Assembly: GCA_034780895.1 (NCBI GenBank) | Contig: JAUZTB010000064.1 | Span: forward strand, 83,934,300-83,998,299 | Direction: 5' to 3' | Origin: Rhynchobatus australiae | Taxonomy: Eukaryota | Length of the DNA: 64,000 nucleotides | In this document: in pieces, positions 51,230-63,850 of the stretch | Layout: each line of letters opens with the position of its first letter | Position numbering within the stretch: the first letter of the stretch is position 1 | Notes under the pieces: generated by a model | What the model was told of the DNA's origin: nothing | Database searches by the model: none | Seen by the model: the letters and a program-made list of their open reading frames with translations, nothing else | Translations under genes and position numbers: made by a program

Positions 51230-51610
51230 TGCAGTGAAGCTTCACCAGATTGCTTCTTGGAAGGTTGGAATAACGCTGTGGAAGGATTTAATAGAGCAAG
51301 CCTGAACCTCTCTGTACTTAAAAGGAGAAGTGATCCCACTGAACTATGAAACTCAGGGGGCTGACATATTTGATATTGTAAGGGCGTTTCTCTTAATGAA
51401 GAATCTAGAATCAAGTGGATAGTTACTCAGACACTTGTAAAGCTTTGGAACTCCTGATGGCAGTGGAAGTTAAGTTATTAAGCATGAGACATGTTTTTGG
51501 ATCATAGGGAGCTATATGTAATGGGATGGGAAGGAAAATAGATCAGATCAGCATGAAATTATTGAAGGATGCAGCAGTCTCTAGGGGCCATATCTGATTC
51601 ATCTCCTGAA
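51230..51610 (+). mobile_element. Degenerate CR1 3' end
   Basis: aggagaagtgatcccactgaactatgaaact...gaatctagaatcaag...ctttggaactc. Confidence 0.55.
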
Positions 51611-52924
51611 TAATAAAGTAGAACAAAACACTGTTTAAATATTGCACCTCAGGTATTCATTAAAATTCACATTCTATTTAGTTCAGAGGCTCAATTCCAA
51701 ATGAGTACTTAAGGCATATTTATTGCTTTTATTTGTAAATGAAGACTTGCTGTTATGATGGAAGATTCAATTGTACAGGACAGATGGTGACCTGAATTTA
51801 TGTGTGAATATTCTCTGCGCTTTGTCCTAGAACCAGTAACTGACAATCATGTTGAACATGCATTGCAACTGACTACCCGTTATAGAATTAGCCCTTCACA
51901 AGAAAAGAAATAGATGTGGGAATTTAACACTAATAACTCAGAGTTGCCAGATACATGGCAAGTTAGGGCAAATTGCTTTGGCAATATTCACCTCTGAACC
52001 AATGTACTATTTGAAATGAGATTCATTTTGATTAAAATGATGGTGAAATCCATATTGGGAAGTAGTTCAAGAAATAGCAAGTAGGCTTATTTTATACTCT
52101 GACCACAAAAAAGATACTCACATTCATCTATTTACAAATTCTTCTGCAAGCATTGTCTATTAACTCACAGTGACCTGATTCAATGACAGAACTGGAATAG
52201 TTTAAGGCTACTTCTGAATTAAGAAAATGTTCTGTTTCACCATTTGTAGCATATTGGGAGATGGTCTGTGTGCAACAATTGTAGAGTTGTTGAACACTAC
52301 ATTAAATAAACCCTAGAATACACATGGAACTTCAGAAAATGTATTAAGCTGAAGACTACCAACAAACCATCAGATGGAAATACATTTACAGACATAAATG
52401 TCATTCTGCCATATCCACACATGACTCAATCATGACACCAGACCCAGAATTTTTCAAATTTTTGGACAATTTTATCTGCTGTCTAAACAGACCACTCTGT
52501 TAAGTTCAGAACAGCAAGTGTGTCTCTGTGAATGCAGCTTCTAATAATACATTCAACCTTTGCAGCTTGCAGTCTTGAACACCTGTGAAATACTACACAA
52601 AGGATTATTTCCCTTCCTCCCATTAATATATTTTTTTCAAATAGCCACTTGTTCCCTTTTTGAAGTAAGGTATAACATATTGAATATACATTTTTAAAAA
52701 TCCACAACCCACTTCTCATAATTTTTTCTGCCCATTCATTTGCAGTATTTTATTGGACTATCCATACCAACAATGTTTGCATTCCCGACACAGGCAGACA
52801 GACAACCGAACTCCTTCATAAAATTCATTACCTATACTTCCAAATTAATTCTTGAGATGGTAAGCAGGAAGCATTTAGTATAATAAAAATAGAAAGGTGG
52901 CAGAATAGAAAGACAATATTCGAG

Positions 52925-53760
52925 ATCTGCAGGTGACTCAAAAATTGCTGGTGTTATTGGTAGTGAGGAGAGTAGTCTCAGACTACTAGGCTACTCAGCT
53001 GGTAAGTTGGGCTGTGTAATGGCAGATGGAATTAATCCTAATAAATGTGACGTGATGCATTTTGGGGGGTTTACTAAGCGTGGGACATAGACCATGAATA
53101 ATGGGCTTCAGGGAGTATTGGGGAACAGAGAGACCTTTCTGTACAAGTCCAAAAATTGCTGAAGATAGAGAAGGCAGGAAAGAAGACATGAAGAAAGCTT
53201 GCCTTCAGGTGCAGGGGCATAGGAGGCGGCCTTGGTACAACTTTGTAAAACTTTGATTATATCACAGCTGGAATACTATGTGTAGTTCTGGTTGCCACAC
53301 AACATGGAGGACATGATTGCACTGGAGAGGGTGCAGAGAAGATTTGCTGCAATGTTGCCCGAGATGAAATGTTTCAATTATGAGGAGAGACTGGAACAGA
53401 GGAGGCTGAGGGGGGACAATATTATGAAAGGCATAGATAAAGTAAAGAGTGAGAAACTTGACATCCCCATGGCAGAGGTGTCTTAGACTAGAAGGTATAG
53501 GTTTAGACTGGGGAGCAAGAGGGGATCTGAGGAAATATTTTTTCACCCAGAGGGTGGTTGAAGTCTGGAATGCACTGTGTGGAGGCAAAGGCTCTCATAG
53601 CATTTAAGAAGCATCTGGATGGGCACTTGAATCGCCAGGGCATAATAGGCAATAGACCAAGTGCTGGGAAATGGCATTAGTACAGATGGGTACTTGATGG
53701 ACGGCGTAAACATGGTGGGCTGAAGGGTCTGTTTCTGTGCTGTAAAAGTCTACGACTCTA
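52925..53760 (+). mobile_element. CR1/HER1-like LINE 3' end
   Basis: WQMELI, DMIALERVQRRFAAMLPEMKCFNYEERLEQRRLRGD and FFTQRVVEVWNAL. The tail gggctgaagggtctgtttctgtgctgta..gactct is shared with the HE1-type SINEs. Confidence 0.92.
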
Positions 53761-54649
53761 CTAAGTTTTACTTAAATTTTGCCAAGACATCTGATGCTTT
53801 AGAATCAGGGAAAAATATTAGTATTCTTCTATTTGCAACAATCTGGACAATATTATTAATGATGTTTCAGTAATTGCTAAGTAGTGATCTTATGCTTACA
53901 TTTATATATTGCCTTATCACATTACTGAGGTGTTGTGAGGTGCTTCAAACAATAATTTACATTATAATCATTGCTCTTTTATAGGCAAATTCATCACATC
54001 TCTGCAAAAACAGTCACCAATTGGCATCAAGATAAATTGCTATTTAATCACTTGAACTGGCAAGACTGAGAGATATCTATAAAGGCAGCTGATAAACAAA
54101 GCTAACTTGGATAATTCCTGAAAAGAGGTATCAATTAAGTATCTAAAAAAAAATACAGTCAAACTATCGATAGTGTTCCTTCCACAAGACAGTAAGAATT
54201 TTCTCAATCTTGGATTCTACACATAACAGTTAGTAATTTAATGAATAACTGGTCAATCTTATCCATTTCAGAGAAGAAAGAATCTACAAGAACAAAAATA
54301 ACTGTAAATGCTTATTGTAAGAAATGGAATGAAATGTTGGCAGTTTAGGTTTGGCTCTTAATCAAGACAATGGGGTGCTGATCAGATAGAACATGCTGCC
54401 CACCTTAGTTCAGGCACTACACTGAAGCAATGCATTAAAGACCTATATACCTTCATTCATTTTTTCCCTTTCATTAATATAGCACCACCCTCCTTTCTGT
54501 CAGCAGGGTTAGGCTCTTAATCCCCTGTTACTGTACCAGTCCTGAATTTGTGGTTTCCAGTCACATGCCTGCTTGACAGCTCGGGTCCACTGCCACTGTT
54601 GTACAATGGCCTGTGATCATCTAAACAGATGTATTTTGAGTTGGAATAT

Positions 54650-55015
54650 CAATATCTTGCATTTAAATATGACCTGTTATGTAAAACCATCCTGCTAAAA
54701 GATGAATGATGACAAAATTTGACCCCAAGCCAGTTGGACCTGGAGCCATCGTTTAAGCAATAATGTGAAGGAGAGGGAGGGAGATGGTGAGGTTTGGTAC
54801 AGAATTCCAGAACTCTGGGTGTGGGCAGCATGAGGCACAGTTGCCAAAGTGGGAGCAAATGAAACTGGAGATGCACAGGACACAAGAATTGGAGGAGGTT
54901 AGTTATCTCGAAAAGTTTGTAGAGGTCATGGAGCAGAGTGGAATGAATGCAGAGGGCTTTGAACACAAGGAGGAGAGTGTTAAAATCGAGACATTGCAAG
55001 ATTGAGGGTGCTAAC
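54650..55015 (-). mobile_element. L2 LINE 3' end
   Basis: Minus strand LQCLDFNTLLLVFKAL matches the L2 QR.DFKIL.LVFK.L pattern, followed by an L2-type UTR. Confidence 0.75.
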
Positions 55016-56120
55016 ATCCTGCATTTCTTGACTTACTGGATCTTCCTAACATTTTGGCACAAAGCCAGGGAAGTCCTGGTTCTTATCAAAGTCTGAGTTG
55101 GCCCATACTCTGCTGAAGTAGCAATGAGGCCATTACAGTTGGCATCAATACTTCTGGTGCAAGGAAATGGAAAAAAGCATGTCTTCTTTGTCAGCAGGTA
55201 GCCTTGTGGGAAGTACATGTTTGCAGATATGGGATAAAGGCAGAATCAGACTCAGTCATGTTACTCTTTTTCCCCCCATGTTCTACTGTTCTGCTGACAT
55301 CCNNNNNNNNNNNNNNNNNNNNNNNNNNNNNNNNNNNNNNNNNNNNNNNNNNNNNNNNNNNNNNNNNNNNNNNNNNNNNNNNNNNNNNNNNNNNNNNNNN
55401 NNTCCCCCCATGTTCTACTGTTCTGCTGACATCCACTGGTCTGGTTCATACAAAAGGAATGCTCACTTGAGCAACACACTGCTGGCCTCCATCCAGTCTT
55501 GAGGCTAAATGCCAGCAAGATTTAAGAAAAATGAATAGAGACTGAGGAGAGAAAAATTACTCAAGAAAATTGAACATGAGAAAGGTCACATGATTGCTCT
55601 TGCCAGTACTTGTATTCATTTCATATGAAGACTGTACAATGTGAATCCATTTTCCTTTGGTTTTAATGGAACTTGACCATCTGCCATGCTTTTCCCATGT
55701 TTCTAGCTGCTTTTTATTTATCAACTGAAGGCTCAAGTAATGTGACATCATGGTACAGATTTGCCTTAAAATGTCTATAACAACCATGCAGAAGTTTGAC
55801 TGATGATTTTCTAAAATCCACTGAACAATCCAGATTATCTGTTCAGGAGTGTTTCAATGAATCACCCTAACCAATACATTATGTAAATTCAAGTATAGTT
55901 ATAAGGAGTTACAGAGGACTTTGTGAATCACACATATGTTACAGTTACTCTGAAGAATTTTGTAAAATTGGTGCATTTGAATGAGTAATATTTCACCTTC
56001 CTGATTTCTATTCTGCATTTTTTCTTTATACCCAAGATTCTTCATGTATTGCGACTTATTTATTTTTCTGTAATGATTTATCATATTTTATTTGTCATTA
56101 AAATATCTTATTCACAAAAA

Positions 56121-56125
<5 letters not shown>

Positions 56126-56174
<49 letters not shown>
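56126..56174. repeat. (TG)n microsatellite
   Basis: Read directly from the sequence. Confidence 0.98.
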
Positions 56175-56178
<4 letters not shown>

Positions 56179-56468
56179 ATGCATATAATCATGGAGGCAT
56201 ATGGTGATAATACAACTGTAAAATCAGTCCAAACAAAAACACGTCCAGATGGTTAAAGAAGAGTCTGACATTCATGGTTTGTATGAAAGATACAAACAAA
56301 ATAGGCAAAAAATTTCACTGTTTCTGACACATGAAAAACAAAATTATATTTTACTCTGAAGCACTTTACACCCATTTAGTGTAAATTAAAGAAAATTAGA
56401 CAAGGATTCAGCTGGCAATTCTTGGATTTCCACTCGATGTTAAAAGTTGCGTGTTCCCCAAGGACTCA

Positions 56469-56540
56469 GTAGTAGATACAGAAATCAGACAAAGGAGAAA
56501 TTGCTTAATTTCTCCTTTGTCTGGTTACTGTATCTGCTAT
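56469..56540 (+). repeat. Inverted repeat / 34-bp hairpin with 4-nt loop
   Basis: gtagtagatacagaaatcagacaaaggagaaatt-gctt-aatttctcctttgtctggttactgtatctgctat: 30 Watson-Crick pairs, 3 G-U and 1 A-A mismatch. Confidence 0.9.
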
Positions 56541-57396
56541 TTCCAAATAAATGTTTTTGAACACCTTTGCTCAGGAGAACCATACAAATGTAACAACTCT
56601 CTTCACAGGAGCAATTTTGTCACTTTCTAATGAATTGTTCAATGACATTCAGTATTCCAGGTATATGAATAAATGTTTAAAATTGCACCCTTTCTNNNNN
56701 NNNNNCCAGGAATTTTAGCTGCCTACAGCCATATAATTAAATGCCATGCTGCATCTCTTTTCTTACCTCCGCCAGGTTTCAATATGAATTTGTTTAGGAA
56801 TTCCCTCAATGTTTTTTAGAGCAGTCTCTCCAGATTTCAATCAAGAAAATTATTTACACATTTACATTTATTCTGGGTGTTAGTTGCAGACTTAGTGCCA
56901 TAAGTTGCTGGACTGGGGAGCTAGTTCATCTCACTGTTTTCTAGTGAAGGTAGAATAACAGTAGGAATTGCAAGGTGAACTCTCTGAAGTTTACTGAAGA
57001 AGTTTGAACAAAAACTGTATGATTGTTCAACCACATTTCACCTTTCGTTGACTGAAAATTAGCTCATTTGGTCTTCAGCCCTCAGTCAGTTGAAAGTTGT
57101 CTGATCAGATTTTAGGGAATTTTGCTCAGTGCATGAAATTCGCTGTGCTACACTGACATGAGAGAGCAACATAACCATGAACCCCTCTCAGAGTCCTTCT
57201 CAAATGCTGTTACCTGCTCCATAAGCAAAGCATAATAACAGCATAAGTCAAGCCAAATTACCAGGGATCCTTGTGACTCAACATATGAAGGGAGATGCGG
57301 TTGCATCATTGGACCATAATGTGTTGTCAGTCTTCGCAAATCATTAAAGTGGTAGGTTTGCAATCAACAACACTGAAACAAATTGCAAGCCCATTT

Positions 57397-57505
57397 AAAA
57401 TAAAAACAGAAACTGCTGGAAATACTCAGCAGGTCAGGCCACATACACAGAGTTAATGTTTCAGGTTAAAGACCTTTCATCAGAACTGGGAAGGCGACAA
57501 AAAGA
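57397..57505 (-). mobile_element. Penelope-like terminal repeat with intact hammerhead core (left half of an element split by CR1)
   Basis: Minus strand 57487-57451 reads AGUU-CUGAUGA-A-AGGU-CUUUA-ACCU-GAAA-CA-UU-AACU. Confidence 0.8.
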
Positions 57506-57509
57506 GAGT

Positions 57510-59472
57510 CGGGGGCAGAAGTGAGTGCAGTCACTGTTACTAAGGAGAAGGTGCTTGGGAAGCTGAAAGGTCTGAAGGTGGATAAGTCACCCGGACCAGA
57601 TGGACGACACCCCAGGGTCTGAGAGAGGCAGTTGAAGAGATTGTGGAGGCTTTAGCAGTGATCTTTCAAGAATCACTGGAGTCAGGAATGGTTCCACAGG
57701 ACCGGAAAATTGCAAATGTCACTCCACTCTTTAAGAAGGGAGGGAGGCAAAATACAGGAAATTATAGGCCAGTTAGCCTGACATNNNNNNNNNNNNNNNN
57801 NNNNNNNNNNNNNNNNNNNNNNNNNNNNNNNNNNNNNNNNNNNNNNNNNNNNNNNNNNNNNNNNNNNNNNNNNNNNNNNNNNNNCTGGAAAATTGCAAAT
57901 GTCACTCCACTCTTTAAGAAAGGAGGGAGGCAAAAGACAGGAAATTATAGGCCAGTTACCCTGACTTCAGTGGTTGGTCAGATTTTGGAGTCCATTATTA
58001 AGGATAAGGTTTTGGGGTATTTGAAATCACATGATAAAATAGGCTGAAGTCAGCATGGTTTCCTTAACATAAGATCTTGTCTGACAAAGCTATTGGAATT
58101 CTTTGAGGAAGTAACAGGCAGGATAGACAAAGGAGAGTAGATGGATGTTTACTTGGATTTTCAGAAGGCCTTTGACAAGGTGTCGCACGTGAGGCTGCTA
58201 AACAAGATGGGATCCCATGGTATTATAGGAAAGGTACTAGCATGGATAAAAGATTGGCTGACTGGCAGGAGTCAAAGAGTGGGAATAAAGGGGGCTTTTT
58301 CTGATTGGCTGCCGGTGACTAGTGGTGCTCCCCAGGGGTCAGTGTTGGGTCTGCTACTTTTCATGTTATATGTTAATGACCTGGATGACAAAATTGATGG
58401 CTTTGTGGTCAAGTTTGCAGATGATGGAGGGGCAGGTTGTGTTGAGGAGGCAGGGAGTCTGCAAAAGGACTTAGAGAGAATGGACAAAGAAGTAGCAGAT
58501 GTAATAAAGCGGAGGGAAGAGTCTGGTCAGGCACTTTAGCAGAAGGAATAAAGACATAGACTATTTTCTAAATAGGGAGAGAATTCAGAAATCAGAAGTG
58601 CAAAGGATCTTTGAGTCATAGTGCTGGACTCCCAAAAGGTTAACTTGCAGTTTAGTCAGTAGTAAGGAAGGCAAATGCAATGTTAGCATTTATTTTGAGA
58701 GGACTAGAATATAAAAGCAAGAATGTAATGCTGAGGCTTTATAAGGCATTGGTCAGACCACATTTGGAGTATTGTGAGCAGTTTTGGGCCCCATATCTAN
58801 NNNNNNNNNNNNNNNNNNNNNNNNNNNNNNNNNNNNNNNNNNNNNNNNNNNNNNNNNNNNNNNNNNNNNNNNNNNNNNNNNNNNNNNNNNNNNNNNNNNT
58901 GCTGAGGCTTTATAAGGCATTGGTCAGACCACATTTGGAGTATTGTGAGCAGTTTTGGGCCCCATATCTAAGGAAGAACATGCTGGTGTAAGAGAGGGTC
59001 CAGAGGAGGTTTATAAGAATGATCCCAGGGATGAAAGGGTTAACATATGAGGGCATCTGACGGCTCTGGGTCTGTACTTGCTGGAGCTTAGAAGAATGAC
59101 AGGGGATCTCACTGAAAGCTAACGAATACTGAAAGGCCTGGATAGAGTGGAGAGGATGTTTCCAGTAGTAGGAGAGTCTAGGACTAGAGGACACAGACTC
59201 AGAATCAAAGATCATCCCTTTAGAATAGAGATGAGGAGGAATATCTTTAGCCAGAGGGTGGTGAATCTGTAAAACTCATTGCCACAGACAGCTGTGGAGG
59301 TATATTTAAAGCGGAGGTTGATAGGTTCTTGATTATTAAGGGTGTCAAAGGTTATGCAGGGAAGGCAGGAAAATGGGGTCAAAGGGTATAATAAATCATC
59401 CATGATCAAATGGTGGAGCAACTCGATGGGCTGAATAGCCAATTCTGCTTCGATGTCTTATTGTCTTATGGT
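57510..59472 (+). mobile_element. 5'-truncated CR1 LINE, ORF2 reverse-transcriptase region to 3' tail (inactivated)
   Basis: KSPGPDG.HPR, ANVTPLFKKG, NYRPVSLT, QHGF, YLDFQKAFDKV, PQGSVLG, FADD, LYKALVRPHLEYCEQFWAPYL and tail tgtcttattgtcttatgg; several stops and frameshifts. Confidence 0.96.
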
Positions 59473-59474
59473 CA

Positions 59475-60000
59475 AAGAAGCTTGTTGAGTTGCAGGGAGG
59501 ATGGGGAAGTGGCAAGGTCTCTGATTGGGTAAAACCGGGGTGACCATGGGGATAAGCTGTAAACAAGGTTATCTGGCCAATGAGTGAATGGGACCAGTGG
59601 GGGAGTAAGAACATAGACAAAAGAAAGTAAGAAATGTGAAATGCAGAGCAGGAAGACATGCTCAGCAGGTCAGGATGGGCATGTCCTCCATTTCCAGAGG
59701 GGAAAAAAGAAAAAAAGGGAAAAATAACAAACAAGCTGAGGCAATATCAGCTTGACTGAAAAATCAAGTTACCTGAAGATGCAGAATTCAATATTGAGTC
59801 CAAAAGGTTGCAAAGTGCCTGGATGGAAGATGGTGCTATTCGTCAAGTATGCACGGGGCCTCATTGTAACAATACAGGAGGCCACAGACCAATAGATCAG
59901 AGTGGGAGAGGGATGGAGAATTGATGTGGCAGGGAACACTGGTGCTCCGCAAAGCAGTCACCTAATCCACGGCTGGTTTCTCCAAAGCAGAGCAAGCCCA
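59475..60000 (-). mobile_element. Penelope-like element GIY-YIG end (right half of the element split by CR1)
   Basis: Minus strand reads GLLCFGETSRGLGDCFAEH...SHSDLLVCGLLYCYNEA...GTLQPFGLNIEFCIFR*. Confidence 0.85.
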
Positions 60001-62204
60001 TTTAAGTCATATTTACTTTCAAGAGGGAAATAAATAAATATAGGGCAGAGTTTTAACCCGAAGTTACTCCTAAAGAAACCAAGATTACTCCCAATGAGAA
60101 ATCTAATTCACACCTCCTGGCTTCACTTCCATATCCAACAACAAACCGGGTTTGTGAAGGCAAATAAATTAGAGGAGCAGATAATATAATAAATTACTAA
60201 AAAATATTGCAAGGAAACAGCAATATTTTCCAACATCAACTTTCACAAGAACAAGCAGATATAGTTTTGCCCATAGTTGAGATTGAATAGAACTGTTAAC
60301 ATCTAAAGGAATCGTGGAGCTGAAAAAAATAAAGAAAAAGAATCTTTTGAGATAGTTGAGGATCTTATAGATAACTGTTTCCATTTTTGTTTGATTAATT
60401 CTTTCTGGAGTCACAATCACAAACATCAGATCTAAATTTCAGTTTTTTTTCAACATCCTCCTCAGTGCTTTATTTTCTCCAGATTTACAGAGACCAAAGC
60501 TGAGGTAGCAAGGCAACAACTGTGTTATGCTGCATTATCCTAATGTCAAACAATATTAAAACTGATGAGCATTTTGCTATGTTCAACACACTCTCGTTCT
60601 TCTTGAGTACTGAGATTTTGCAGGAAAAGTGGACCCAGCTGATAAGCCCGAACAATGTAGAGTGCCAGATTTGGCTGCTCTGATCTTGAGCTGAGANNNN
60701 NNNNNNGAGCTGAGAGGAGGAAAAAGATGATGCCTGATGAAAAATACATAAATATGGAGATTGGATTAGGTTGATCAGGCTTGCTGTATAGCCACCACTG
60801 GTGTGGAGCATGTTGATACTCTCTGTCCCCACTCACACTGATTTCAAGTGTTCAAGAGCTGCCAAGAAATGTGAAGCAATTTAAATATGATCCATTCGCT
60901 TCAAGAGGAGGAAAAGAGAGAAGACTGGAGCCATTACGATTGTCCTTAAATCCAGTCACGTTACAGTGAGGACACAGTCGAACAAAGACTTTCAGTTCAT
61001 TAATTCTCAGTCCATCAGAACGTTCTTCACAGTCCAGTGTCTTTTTGCTTCTTAAATGTCTCCAGTGTTTAGACCTCCAAACCTCCTTGACAATCAGTAT
61101 TGTTGCACTCTGTGGAAAAATGTTCACTTACTCTGTTGCAAATTTGCACTGTTAAGTCCTGAATCTTGTGCCCTCTTTCCGTGTACAAATGGTGGATCTG
61201 AAACCATTGTTATATTTCTTTTTGCCCTCCACATTGTATATTTCTACTGAGACACCCCTTTTGAGATTGGGAGTGAGCCTCATTAATAACACCAAGTACA
61301 ACAGCCAACTAGCTGGATCTTTGTTTTGTATCTCACTAAACTGATGGAAACATTCTACATTGATTGTGTTATATCCACAGTATTGCTGCCTGATGTAAAT
61401 ACCAGAGGNNNNNNNNNNNNNNNNNNNNNNNNNNNNNNNTGGTCTGTTATCAAGTATCATAGAATTCATGAGCTCATAGCATGGTTGGGTTGTCAGTGTC
61501 TAACCTGGCACCTTCACACTACTTCAGACTAACCTGGATGAGGATGATGTGTGGACATTCAGCAGGGCCAAAAACAAGACCTGCCAAAGGGGAGGTAAGC
61601 TCCCTGCAAGGCATAAACCATCCCTTCCTGGAGAAGAGATGGGTGCCAGTGGACCACCGTGCTTAAGAATCTCCAATAATGCAAATCCACCAACTAATAT
61701 CATACTTGAATGATTGAGGCTCAGAACAACAACATAAAGGAGCATCTCAGATGGTCCAATGATCCTGGAGGTCTCTGGACTGATTTGAATTAGCTTAGAG
61801 CAAGCCTGAAATAACTTTGTACCTCATTGCTAGCAAGTGGTTTCCCAGCATACTACCCACATCTTCCCAGGAGCTGAGATATTTAATGCTGCAATTGACT
61901 GTTTTAACTAGGTGGAAATGCCACATCTGTTCTCAATACTTCTCCCACAGTGGTTGATTTTGTATATTTCCATCAGTTAAGAAGCAACACTAAGAATAGA
62001 TCCATTAAATTCAACTCTATTAATGGTACAATGGCAAACAGATACATGGCATTGCTTGCAGAAGTCTGTGTCATGAAGATAGGGAGAGCAATTGCCAGTT
62101 TGGATGTAGATCACCTCTGCTGGGCTGTGTTGGTGACTTATCATGTGAGACTTTCAGCTGTTGGTGAGCTTTATATTGCTGAATTAGACATTTATTCATG
62201 TGTG

Positions 62205-62430
62205 ATCTTCACAATCATTCAGTCACTTCCTTCTTTTAACCCCTCCGCCTCCACCTCTGTTTCACCCTTTAAGATGTTATTTTAAACCTACCTCTGACCA
62301 AGCTTTTGATTCTCTCCTTTATTATCTCCTTATCTGGGATGGTGTGAAATGCTGCTTGACAACACTTCTGTGAAATGCCAGAGACATGTTACTGTGTTAA
62401 AGCGCTACACATTTACAAGTTATTGTTATT
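62205..62430 (+). mobile_element. L2 LINE 3' tail
   Basis: cccctccgcctccacctct...tttaaga...aaacctacctctgaccaagctttt...ctgtgaa...gttaaagcgctacac..tacaagttattgtt. Confidence 0.75.
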
Positions 62431-63414
62431 TACTTGGTAGGTTAGTTACCCTTCTCCCTCCCCCAGCTACTCAAGTCTTGCTGAGACTCACCAACTCTGT
62501 GGTTTCTCCCAGTGATTGGAACAAGTCAGAACTGAGTGACCCTCTGGATAAAACTGAGTGGGTGACGAGTTCAAGATGTCCTGATTACCTTCCCACCTTG
62601 GACACAAATGTGGACTGGATGCTCAATCTTTACCCACCCCACTGAGCAGGTAAGGTAGGGCTTCTACTCATAACCACATCATTAGGACCACAGTACAAGT
62701 GCTCAACAGCCTGTGCAGAAAGCACCATTGGTTTCCCCAGCAGTTGCAAGGCTACAGGGACGAGACCCATATTTCCTTCAAGGGTCAGGAGGCACAAATG
62801 CCTTTTGGTGGGCCTCAGAAGGAAAGCTTCGAACAGGTATTTTGGAAACTGCCTGAAAACCACAGTTTGAGCTTTCAAACCTGCAGCTCATTAATGTTCC
62901 TTATACTGTATATTTTATATATTTAGCCGTTTGTTTTTCTTCCATTAAATTACGTTGAGAAAGAAATCGTGCAACTTTAAATAGTCAAAGCTAAAGGAGA
63001 GACCTCATCCTTCAGACCAAACATTTGGCAACTGGACACCCAGCTCCAGATGTCTCTTCAAAAACAGAACTGAAATCAAACACCATCCTATTGTGAAAGG
63101 CATCAAATCTCCAGACATTGATATGGGGAAATTAAGCCACCAGAAACAAAACAAAAACCAACACAAAAACGAGAAAGTTTGCCTCATGTTGAAAGCCTTT
63201 GCAGTACAGAATTTAAAGTGCAAGTCAAGACATGTCGATAAATATCTCGTTACCAGATCAAATATGACCTAACTCCAAGTGTTGAATATTTAAAATAAGT
63301 ACTCAGGATAAAGGTAATGTTGAAATTTTAGGAGGCCTTTAGAATGTCTTTCAAAATTTCTAATATTTTCAACATACTTTGAAGGAATCCTGCTTCTTTA
63401 AAGTAAGCATCATA

Positions 63415-63850
63415 AAGTCATAGAATATTACATAGAAGTAGGCCATTTGGTCCACTGAGTTTGGGCTTGGCCCTTTGAAAAGAGCTATTCATTTTATCTC
63501 ACAGCCCTCTTCTTCCCCAACAGTCCCACATTTTTTCTTTTAATGACATATCCAAATCTTTTTTGAAATGTATTACTAAATCTGCTTCCCCCACACTTTC
63601 AGGCAGTGTGTTCCAGGTCATAACAAATTGCCGAATAATTTCTATTTCCTCGTCAGCTCTGGTTCCTTTGTCAATCGTCTTAAATCAGTGGGAACTGATC
63701 CTTCTATTACTAGAAGCAGATTCTCATTTTTATTATTATCAATCTNNNNNNNNNNNNNNNNNNCTATTAATTCTCCCCTTTACCTTTACTGTTTTAAAGA
63801 AACAGTCCCAGCTTCTGTAATCTCTCCAAACAACAAGACCAATTCTATTT
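63415..63850 (-). mobile_element. CR1 LINE 3' end
   Basis: Antisense tail atagaagtaggccatttggtccactgag and ccacactttcaggcagtgtgttccaggtcataacaa (W..LPE.V on the minus strand). Confidence 0.8.

Noticed and set aside
60169-60836. Hydrophobic minus-strand ORFs suggesting a membrane protein
   Set aside because: No recognisable family motif; hydrophobicity is expected from T-rich non-coding DNA.
62640-62926. Open frames with plus-strand donor-like sites
   Set aside because: No recognisable protein similarity and no convincing acceptor.
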